Shown here one piece after another: positions 1 through 7,785 of a DNA stretch of 64,000 nucleotides. The position numbers were made by a program, and so were the translations under genes. Under the pieces are notes generated by a model. That model ran no database searches. It worked only from the letters and a program-made list of their open reading frames with translations, and was not told the DNA's origin. The stretch is from Candidatus Heimdallarchaeota archaeon. Lineage in GTDB: Archaea; Asgardarchaeota; Heimdallarchaeia; Heimdallarchaeales; Heimdallarchaeaceae. The stretch's first letter is position 1. The number at the start of each line of letters is the position of its first letter. The stretch spans positions 16,036-80,035 of the forward strand of contig JAAFKI010000051.1 of NCBI GenBank assembly GCA_021399345.1, in the 5' to 3' direction.

Positions 1-760
1 AATCTTCTTTGTTTCTTCCAGGTTTTAACGTTAATCCTCCAGTTATAACAAAATCTGCTCTAGCTTCTTTTAATTGCTGAAAAAGCTCCATAAGATTTGT
101 CTTTGTATCTCCTATCCATGGAATTACAGGAGTTATATAACAACCTGCAGAAATTCCTTCTTCTCGAAATTTTTTGAGAGCTGAAAGCCTATCATTTGTT
201 GAACTCGCATTGGGTTCAAAAATAAGTTGCTCTTGTGGGTTAGAGAGAGTAATTGTAAAAGCGACCCTTGCAAATGTATCTAGATTGATTTTCTTTATCA
301 AATCAATATCTCGTAGGACTAGAGCATTCTTAGTTAATATTCTAACTGGGAAACCATAATCATAAGCTACTTGAAGAACTTTTCTTGTTATTTCTAATTC
401 TGCTTCAGCAGGTTGATAAACATCGCAAATATTGCCAAAAATATTAATGATGAATTTTGGATTACCACTTGGTATTTTTTTTCTATTTGATTGAGGTATG
501 AAATCCAAAAGGGTGTTTGTTTTTTCTCTATTGATTGGTAGAAATCCTTTGTTAATCAGATGTTCTTCAAGTAATTCAGGTGCATTAATCTTAGCTCTAA
601 TCTTATTACTATAATCATCATGCATGAAATACTCATCAGATTTTCCATCACAGTAAGAACAGTTGTGAAAGCATCCTTGATAAATATTCAAATGAATATG
701 GTGAGGACTTCTCTTAGATGTCCGAATTAGCGATTTTGCTTCATATTTCTCAATAATCAT
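1..760 (-). CDS. Radical SAM protein, SplB/Rv2578c-like (DNA-repair associated); runs off the left edge
   Basis: Not in the ORF track; manual translation from ATG at 760: MIIEKYEAKSLIRT...NIYQGCFHNCSYCDG (CxxxCxxC), DVYQPAE, ILTKNALVLRDIDL, FEPNASST. Confidence 0.85.
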   Translation of the reverse strand, partial: MIIEKYEAKSLIRTSKRSPHHIHLNIYQGCFHNCSYCDGKSDEYFMHDDYSNKIRAKINAPELLEEHLINKGFLPINREKTNTLLDFIPQSNRKKIPSGNPKFIINIFGNICDVYQPAEAELEITRKVLQVAYDYGFPVRILTKNALVLRDIDLIKKINLDTFARVAFTITLSNPQEQLIFEPNASSTNDRLSALKKFREEGISAGCYITPVIPWIGDTKTNLMELFQQLKEARADFVITGGLTLKPGRNKED

Positions 761-836
761 ACCAATCTTCCAGGAATTACTGAGAAAATAACCACATTTG
801 AATATTTAAAGGAGAAAATGAGGAAATTGGATAAAT

Positions 837-932
837 TCAGCTGCGTTTGAATTCTACTCTGAATCCACCTTTAGGATATTTCCAATCAACGCTACCATGA
901 GGACACACAATACGACAGATCCCGCACTCAAG
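837..932 (-). pseudogene. Orphan duplicate of the 3' end of fixX (last 31 codons plus stop)
   Basis: Translates LECGICRIVCPHGSVDWKYPKGGFRVEFKRS*; 79/96 nt identical to 3489-3584 by manual alignment; no in-frame ATG upstream. Confidence 0.9.
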
Positions 933-1001
933 TAATAATTTCAGAAAATCATTTAAAGATGAATATATATTATTATACAGTATTACTGGGTGTGAGATGT
1001 T

Positions 1002-2249
1002 GTGAGTGATAGTAATTTAATAAAGCTAATCAATCCTATATTGATTGCAAGAGTTCCACGCGAAGAATATACTGAGAATCTCACACTACAGAATGTACTT
1101 TCAGCAAAAAAAGACAATATGAACAAATTTTGGGATGAAAAGATAGCATTAATTATCACATTTATTGTTTCCATTGGATTCTTGATTCCTGCTGCGATTT
1201 ATGATATGGTGAGTGTTTTTAGATCAAGTGAAAATTATTCTCAAATTTTACTTCTACCTCTAAACACACAATTTAAGTTGTTTTTATATTTTTCATTTCA
1301 GTTTGGTATCATTCTGTTTATAGCTCTAATTTTCTATTCAGCATTAAGATATTACTTGATTCAGGTTAATTATAGTCCAACAAATTACAAGTACAACTGC
1401 ATAAAAAATGAGGATTTGCTATATATTCTACTCAATGAAGAAAATTGCTTAGATGAAATTATATTTTCAAAATGGAAAACTGCTGCTAATTTTGATGAGA
1501 ATCATCAAACTGAAGAAAATCTACATTCAGGTGAAAGAGAGTATTTTCTTTTCTTTGCTAAAGATTACTGGAACTGTCAATTTGCAATTCAGCCTGAATT
1601 TAAAGAAAAACTAAGTATGATTTGTATACCTTTCTTTTTAATGTCAACAATCATAATATTGGTACCTTATATTCAAAAGATCAAGGGTAACTATTCATTT
1701 ATAATAGTTCTAATAATTCCAGTTTTCGTTGTAATTGTCGTTCTTATATTATTATTAATTGAGAAAAAAATTAAGAAACCTTTAGGTTATATAGTCACAG
1801 TTCTAATTCTATTAGCTTTCATTGTAAATAATATAATGGTTGTTTTGTTTATTATATATACGAATATCTTTGCCTTTACAACCAATACTAAAAAACCTGG
1901 TTTTATAGCATCCTATTATAATATCTCTCTTTTTGCATTTTATTTCTATTCGTTTCTTGTCATATTAAGCGTTTTAGGTTCTCTAGTTGATAGGAAAAAA
2001 CAGATTCGCAGTTTTAAGCAACATTACAAAAAACAAATTATACGTATTGAAAAAACGGTTGCTCAAACAACTAATGATAATGGAGACTTAAATGGTAAAT
2101 TAATCTTATTTTATAAAAAACAGAGTGTTTTTGAGAAGGCTTCGATTCTCCCATTAAATTTTGGAAAATACATTGTAGGTTTTACAACATATCTAGGTTT
2201 TATAAGTCTTATTTCAGCTATTTTTACTTACATTCTGAATACACTTTGA
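1002..2249 (+). CDS. Multi-pass membrane protein of unknown function (island cargo)
   Basis: 415-aa ORF with about 7 hydrophobic segments; very AT-rich; no recognised motif. Confidence 0.7.
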   Translation: MSDSNLIKLINPILIARVPREEYTENLTLQNVLSAKKDNMNKFWDEKIALIITFIVSIGFLIPAAIYDMVSVFRSSENYSQILLLPLNTQFKLFLYFSFQFGIILFIALIFYSALRYYLIQVNYSPTNYKYNCIKNEDLLYILLNEENCLDEIIFSKWKTAANFDENHQTEENLHSGEREYFLFFAKDYWNCQFAIQPEFKEKLSMICIPFFLMSTIIILVPYIQKIKGNYSFIIVLIIPVFVVIVVLILLLIEKKIKKPLGYIVTVLILLAFIVNNIMVVLFIIYTNIFAFTTNTKKPGFIASYYNISLFAFYFYSFLVILSVLGSLVDRKKQIRSFKQHYKKQIIRIEKTVAQTTNDNGDLNGKLILFYKKQSVFEKASILPLNFGKYIVGFTTYLGFISLISAIFTYILNTL

Positions 2250-2280
2250 ACCCATTCAAGTACAAAAATGATTTTTTAGC

Positions 2281-2288
2281 TTTAAATA
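2281..2288 (+). promoter_or_regulatory. Possible TATA box for the zinc-finger gene
   Basis: TTTAAATA about 50 nt upstream of ATG 2335; weak evidence in AT-rich DNA. Confidence 0.3.
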
Positions 2289-2334
2289 TGGAATACCGGT
2301 TATAGAATCAGGCGTTTTACTCAAAATAAATTGA

Positions 2335-3492
2335 ATGATCTTTATGGAAGAGAAACAAGAAAAACCATTTCAATGCGGAATATGTAAACGTAGATTTAAG
2401 CGTAAAGATTACCTAAAAAGGCATATGATGGTACATACCAAGGAGAAACCATTTCTTTGTGATACCTGTGGCAAAGCTTTTTCTCGAAAAACTTCTTTAA
2501 AAAATCACTTCAGAGTGCATACAGGAGAGAAACCTTTCATATGTAAAGAGTGTGGAAAGAAATTTTCAGATAAAGGTAATCTATCAAAACATCTGAGATT
2601 GCATACGGGAGAGAAACCATATATATGCCATTTTTGTAATAAGGAATTTTCGAGATCTCATCATTTACAGTCTCATCTTAGAATTCATACTAATGAAAAA
2701 CCATTTAGTTGTACATATTGTGACAAGTCATTTTCTAGAGAATTTATTCTGAAAAACCATTTGAAAATACATACAAACCAAAAACCATATGAATGTAATT
2801 TTTGTGAGAAAAAATTTCGTCAACTAGCTCATTTAGAAAGTCACCTTCGGATACATACTGGTGAGAAACCTTACTATTGTTCTGAATGTGGTAAGTCATT
2901 CAGAACCTCATCCTCCCTTATTAGCCATAAAAGAACTCATTCTGGAGAAAAACCATACAAGTGTACAAGATGTGGAAAGGAATTTTCGAGATTATTTACC
3001 TTAAAATATCATATCAAAAATAATTCGTGTTGGTATAACAAAAAATCGTCTATTCAATGGGAAAATTTGTGCAAAGATATAGCAGAAATTCTCTTTGAAG
3101 AAAAAAAATGGAAATGGAAACCTAAAATTCTTACCCCAGAATTGGTTAATAGAAAGTGGATAATTCCTGAAATCTTAGTATTCTCACAAAATGACAAAAA
3201 GGAGCTAATTGATGCAAAAAGATCCATTGATTCTATAAGAAAAAAAGATTTAGATGTATATCCATTGTATGCTGATATTATACATTTCTGGTGTTTAGTT
3301 CCAACAAAAAGGAGAATTCAATCTAGTAATGTTAAAGTGTTAGATTCAGATGATATAATTGGTCTTCTAAAAAAGAAAGTATCTGAACAGAATTCTGAGA
3401 GAATAGACAAAATAATTTCACAAATTGAAATGTTGAAAAAAGGAATGATTATTAAAGATCAGACAATTTTGTCTGACTTCAACGAAAACTAA
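2335..3492 (+). CDS. Tandem C2H2 zinc-finger array (7 C2H2 + 1 C2HC) fused to a PD-(D/E)xK-like nuclease domain, with C-terminal PIP box
   Basis: Eight 28-aa repeats of CxxC-x3-F-x5-L-x2-H-x3-H with TGEKP-type linkers; then WE...IPE...IDAKRS; ends QTILSDFNEN. Confidence 0.9.
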   Translation: MIFMEEKQEKPFQCGICKRRFKRKDYLKRHMMVHTKEKPFLCDTCGKAFSRKTSLKNHFRVHTGEKPFICKECGKKFSDKGNLSKHLRLHTGEKPYICHFCNKEFSRSHHLQSHLRIHTNEKPFSCTYCDKSFSREFILKNHLKIHTNQKPYECNFCEKKFRQLAHLESHLRIHTGEKPYYCSECGKSFRTSSSLISHKRTHSGEKPYKCTRCGKEFSRLFTLKYHIKNNSCWYNKKSSIQWENLCKDIAEILFEEKKWKWKPKILTPELVNRKWIIPEILVFSQNDKKELIDAKRSIDSIRKKDLDVYPLYADIIHFWCLVPTKRRIQSSNVKVLDSDDIIGLLKKKVSEQNSERIDKIISQIEMLKKGMIIKDQTILSDFNEN

Positions 3493-3800
3493 CTATGTTT
3501 AAATTCTACTCCAAATCCACCTTTAGGATATTTCCAGTCAACGCTACCATGAGGACAAATAATGCGACATGTGGCACACTCAAGACACGCAACATAATCG
3601 AAGACAACGGGTCCTTCTGCTTCCTCTTCTTCTGTAAATTTGTAGCAATCTGCTGGGCATCCATATACACAATCATAAGTTGTACACTTTGCCTTACAGA
3701 TTTCTGGATTTATCTCAATATGTGCATAATTTTGATCGGTTGTGATTTTTGTTAAATCTAGTTTTTCCTCTAGTGTTTTGGGTTTGTTTGATTTGCTCAT
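3489..3800 (-). CDS. fixX: Ferredoxin-like protein FixX
   Basis: CPADCY, CLECATCRIICP, WKYPKGGFGVEF; directly downstream of fixC. Confidence 0.92.
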   Translation of the reverse strand: MSKSNKPKTLEEKLDLTKITTDQNYAHIEINPEICKAKCTTYDCVYGCPADCYKFTEEEEAEGPVVFDYVACLECATCRIICPHGSVDWKYPKGGFGVEFKHS

Positions 3801-5092
3801 AATGATCTCACCGCTCCTATTAAAAGTTTAATTAATCCAAATAATTTACCTTTTTTGAAAACATATCCTATGGCTGATGTAACTATTCTCTTTCTAGGAT
3901 ATCCGTTATTTCGTAATAGTTTTTCGAACAATCCTGTCAATAAATCAGGAACATAAGTAAACATCATTTTATTTTCTAGAAAGTGTGAAGCTCTTTTGAA
4001 TGTTTTAAGGTCTTTGTAAGCGAAGCTCTCTTTAAGTTTCTTCTTGTATAGTTTGGTTTGTTTTTTAGTATAATCGTTTGTTTGTAATATTTCTATAGCA
4101 GCTTCACCAGCTACTTTGCCTGATTCTAAGGCGAAATTTATCCCTTCAATGTATAATCCTGCATTCAGAACCATACCAGCTGCATCACCGACGACTAAAA
4201 CACCATTACCATATAATTTTGGCATGTGCTTGAAACCACCCTCTGGAATGATGTGAGCAGAATATTCTATCATTTCAGCATCTTTCAGCAGTTTTTTGAC
4301 ATAAGAATGCTCTTTGAACTCCTCAAAAACTTCAGGTGCTTTCAGCTTTTTCTTAGTTAAAACATCCATATTAAGGATGAGCCCAAAAGAAACTGTTTCC
4401 TGATTTGTATAGTAGAATCCTCCACCAGGAATACCTTTTGAATACCCTAAAATTTCGTTGTTCATACCTTCGTTATCATCTAAATGAAATCGCTCTTCAA
4501 TTTTTTTCTTAGGTAATTTATAGGTCTCTTTCATACCAAGAGCAAAATGACGAGGTTTTGGTTTTTTAGCTAGTTTTGCTTTCTCAACTAGCATGGTATT
4601 TGCACCTTCTGCAATAATTACTAGCTTTGCTTTGAGAACTTCCTCACCTGATTTTACACCAACAATTTGTTTATCATTCCACACTAAGTCTTCTACCATT
4701 GTATCTGGTAATATCATAGCTCCAGCTTCTTCTGCTTTGTCTGCTAACCATCGGTCAAACTTAGGTCTTATAACTGTCACACCATTGTATGGAACTTGAT
4801 TGAAATTCCTTAGATCTGCATCAATTGTAACACTTTTAGACTCAGAAAGTAGAGTTATTTTTTTGGTTGTAAGATATCTTTCAAATGAATTCTCATCCTC
4901 CCAGTAATTTGGGACTAATTCATTCAGAATGGGACCATATAAAGCTGCACCACTAACATTTTTTGCACCAGAATATTGTCCTCTTTCTAAAACAACAGTT
5001 TCGATACCAGCTTTAGCAAGTGTTAAAGCTGCTGAAATACCAGCAGGTCCAGCACCAACAATAGCCACATCAAAATCAAATTCTTCTGACAT
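3797..5092 (-). CDS. fixC: FAD-dependent ETF-quinone oxidoreductase FixC
   Basis: GAGPAG, GAKNVSG, RPKFDRWLA, EYSAHIIPEGG, GDAAG; operon context. Confidence 0.92.
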   Translation of the reverse strand: MSEEFDFDVAIVGAGPAGISAALTLAKAGIETVVLERGQYSGAKNVSGAALYGPILNELVPNYWEDENSFERYLTTKKITLLSESKSVTIDADLRNFNQVPYNGVTVIRPKFDRWLADKAEEAGAMILPDTMVEDLVWNDKQIVGVKSGEEVLKAKLVIIAEGANTMLVEKAKLAKKPKPRHFALGMKETYKLPKKKIEERFHLDDNEGMNNEILGYSKGIPGGGFYYTNQETVSFGLILNMDVLTKKKLKAPEVFEEFKEHSYVKKLLKDAEMIEYSAHIIPEGGFKHMPKLYGNGVLVVGDAAGMVLNAGLYIEGINFALESGKVAGEAAIEILQTNDYTKKQTKLYKKKLKESFAYKDLKTFKRASHFLENKMMFTYVPDLLTGLFEKLLRNNGYPRKRIVTSAIGYVFKKGKLFGLIKLLIGAVRSL

Positions 5093-5147
5093 TATAATTT
5101 GATTTCTAAGTATTTATTTATAAACTCTGTTACTTGTCAAATTCGTA

Positions 5148-5846
5148 TTATTCAGACGAGTTTAAGCCATATCCCCAATTTCCATTTTCATCATAATTGA
5201 AGGATTTGAACATACCACAAGCATTCCAAATATCATCAAACCAAGTTTGAATTAAACGGGGAACATCCTCTGTTTTTGCATAATCTTCAATGTAAATCTC
5301 ATCTAGTTTTATTACATCTTCTTGTATAGGTGTTGGAATGGCTCCCAGTATTTCTTTATTCAATTTCATTAAATATCCTTCAACACCAATAAGAGAAAGA
5401 TACATACTAAAAGGAGGTTTGACATTTATTCGTTTGAAAACTTCTACATAATCTGGAATTGCTGTAATTACTTCCTTCTCAAAATCTATACTAGGGATTT
5501 CTTTTTTCTCAACAATTGGTTTGAGTAGACTCCCTTCTACAGCTTCTATAATCCCTCTTCGATATAAATGAGCATAAGATCTTGCTCCTCCTGATAAATC
5601 AGTGGTATATGTAAGAAAACCATCGAATGTGTGGCTCATTTCCATCCCTATATATCTGATAGGTTTCAGATACTTTGGATTTCGCGAGATAATTTCAATA
5701 TTGTAGTTTTTATCGATAGTTGAAGATTCTTCGGCGATAAGATGTAATACTATCTTTGCTGTTTCAGGAATTTTAATAGGAGCTCTATTGTTTTTCAGTT
5801 CATTTATTCGTTCATTTCTGAAAAAGCCTTTCACGATAATAACCAC
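5148..5846 (-). CDS. Hypothetical protein resembling the C-terminal region of AlbA_2/Schlafen-domain proteins, inserted in the fix operon
   Basis: FRNERI, KIVLHLI, SYAHLYRRGIIEAV, PPFSMYLSLIGVEGY, FDDIWNACG..S.NYDENGNW. Confidence 0.6.
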   Translation of the reverse strand: MVIIVKGFFRNERINELKNNRAPIKIPETAKIVLHLIAEESSTIDKNYNIEIISRNPKYLKPIRYIGMEMSHTFDGFLTYTTDLSGGARSYAHLYRRGIIEAVEGSLLKPIVEKKEIPSIDFEKEVITAIPDYVEVFKRINVKPPFSMYLSLIGVEGYLMKLNKEILGAIPTPIQEDVIKLDEIYIEDYAKTEDVPRLIQTWFDDIWNACGMFKSFNYDENGNWGYGLNSSE

Positions 5847-5886
5847 CCGATTTTTTATTTAAAGTTTGTTTAAAAAGAAAAAAGGA

Positions 5887-6855
5887 TTATCCTTGAAGCT
5901 TTTGCTTAAGGATTGGAAGGATTACATGAAGATCTCCAATAATACCATAATCAGCAAAGTTAAAGATTGCAGCTCCTTCATCAGTGTTTATAGCTATCAG
6001 AGTTTTTGCTTTGATTCCACTCACGTGTTGTGGGGCTCCACTTATGCCTGCAGCAATATAAAGGTCTGGTGAAACTGATTGTCCTGTTTGTCCAATCTCA
6101 TATGTTTCTTCAATCCAATGAACATCTGTACACGCTCGAGTAGCTTCTATTTCACCACCCAAAATATCAGCAAGTTCTCTAATAATTTGGAATTGTTCTT
6201 TTCCACCAACTCCTCTTCCACCTGCAACTATAATTTTTGCGTCTTTCAAATTAACAGTTCTTTCAGCTTTCTTGATTTCTATATGTTTTACAAGCATATC
6301 TTCTTCACTAAAAGTAACATCAAAAGATTCAACATTTGGTGAACCGCCATCTGGATTTTCATTCACAAAGAATGCGCCTGCTCTAGAAGTTGCGAACTTA
6401 ATAGCACCTTCAATTCTAGTCACTTTCATTGCTTGATCATCTCTAACTGGTGTATGGAAGTGTAGATCATCACCAACTATTGAAATATCATTGATTCGTT
6501 GAGCACATGAAACTCCATGATGAACTGCAAGTCTTGGAATTAAATCCTCTCCATATACTGTTCCTGCAGCAATAACTAACTTAGGTTCAGTTTTTTCAAT
6601 AACCTCTAGCATTGCTTTAACATAAGGTCTACTGAGATAGACTTCTAGTTCAGGAGCTTTTACAGATACAACTCTTGAAGCACCATGCTTTCCAAGTTCA
6701 GTTATCCATTCATCTTTAATCTGATGACCGAATAAAGCAACTATAATTTCACTGATTCCAGAAATCTCTGTTAATTTGTTTAAGACTCCAAGAGTGTTTT
6801 CCTCGATAATATCTTCTCTAATTTGACCAAAAACTAATGTTTTCACCATAATCAC
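5887..6855 (-). CDS. fixB: Electron transfer flavoprotein alpha subunit (FixB/EtfA)
   Basis: IIVAGGRG, IGQTGQSVSPDLYIAAGISGAPQH, AINTD, ADYGIIGDL. Confidence 0.93.
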   Translation of the reverse strand: MIMVKTLVFGQIREDIIEENTLGVLNKLTEISGISEIIVALFGHQIKDEWITELGKHGASRVVSVKAPELEVYLSRPYVKAMLEVIEKTEPKLVIAAGTVYGEDLIPRLAVHHGVSCAQRINDISIVGDDLHFHTPVRDDQAMKVTRIEGAIKFATSRAGAFFVNENPDGGSPNVESFDVTFSEEDMLVKHIEIKKAERTVNLKDAKIIVAGGRGVGGKEQFQIIRELADILGGEIEATRACTDVHWIEETYEIGQTGQSVSPDLYIAAGISGAPQHVSGIKAKTLIAINTDEGAAIFNFADYGIIGDLHVILPILKQKLQG

Positions 6856-7652
6856 GCTCCTAGTTTTACCTCATCTTCTTTCAGTTTCGCTAGAAGATTT
6901 TCAACTTTTTCCTCAGGTTCACCTTCTTTGATTATGTAACTTTCTTTCTCAATAACAATATTAGAGAATGAAACTTCAATTAAAGAAGCTGCTTCTTTTC
7001 CAACAACACTTGAACTAAGCCCTAAATCAGCAGCAGTCCATTTTGGAATTTCTGCTCTTTTAGCTGTTAGAATTCCTCTCATGGATGTATATCTTGGAGT
7101 AAAATATTGACTATCACTGCAACTAATCACTCCTTTATTAGGCATAGCGACAATCTTTCTACCACCTTCTAGAACATGTCCAACTTTATAACCTGAGTCT
7201 ATAACTTCAATTTCTTCAGCATAGAGAACACTTGGTAAACCAAGTTTCTCAGATAACATAGCTCCAATTGCATAGGAACCAGTTGATTGTTCTTCAACTC
7301 CTAGAAAGACTAAATCAAATTCTCCTATTTTTCCTAAAGCTTCAACATATACTTTAGCTAACAGAAGAGGGTCATCTGTGTAGATGGTTTCATCTGCTAT
7401 CTCAATAGCATCAGTACAACCCATTGCTATTGCTTCTCTCAAAGCTTTGTTGGGTTTTAAACCTCTCACACACACAGCTGTAACTTCTGCTCCAAGCTGA
7501 TCTTTAAGCTTTAGAGCTCCTTCCAGAGCGTTTTTACTTGAAGGGTTAATGACTAAATCATCTTCACTAACGCGTGTGGAATCAAAATAATCCACTCCTT
7601 GAAGCTTGACCTGTGTGCTTACTATTTGTTCTATAAACACAATAATCTTCAT
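6852..7652 (-). CDS. fixA: Electron transfer flavoprotein beta subunit (FixA/EtfB)
   Basis: MKIIVFIEQI, INPSSKNALE, LREAIAMG, PRYTSMRGILTAKR; ATG at 7652 preferred. Confidence 0.92.
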   Translation of the reverse strand: MKIIVFIEQIVSTQVKLQGVDYFDSTRVSEDDLVINPSSKNALEGALKLKDQLGAEVTAVCVRGLKPNKALREAIAMGCTDAIEIADETIYTDDPLLLAKVYVEALGKIGEFDLVFLGVEEQSTGSYAIGAMLSEKLGLPSVLYAEEIEVIDSGYKVGHVLEGGRKIVAMPNKGVISCSDSQYFTPRYTSMRGILTAKRAEIPKWTAADLGLSSSVVGKEAASLIEVSFSNIVIEKESYIIKEGEPEEKVENLLAKLKEDEVKLGA

Positions 7653-7785
7653 AATATTCAACAAAACTGAATAAAGATGTTAAATAAATATTACTACATA
7701 TCAAATATTCGTAGATGGGGAAAAAAGATTTATTTCAAAGAGAAAATCTTAAGAAAATGTAAAACCTCAATAAATTTGAGATATC

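Larger units (their letters stand above)
837..3584. mobile_element. Putative integrated cassette at the fixX 3' end, bounded by imperfect 96-bp direct repeats (837-932 and 3489-3584)
   Basis: Direct repeats of a gene end enclose two accessory genes oriented opposite to the flanking genes; no integrase or transposase seen. Confidence 0.65.

Noticed and set aside
2335-3492. Eukaryotic contamination or mis-assembly as the source of the zinc-finger gene
   Set aside because: No introns, AT-rich codon usage like its neighbours, stop codon overlapping fixX, archaeal-type PIP box, and enclosure by fixX repeats. Read-level confirmation is still advisable.
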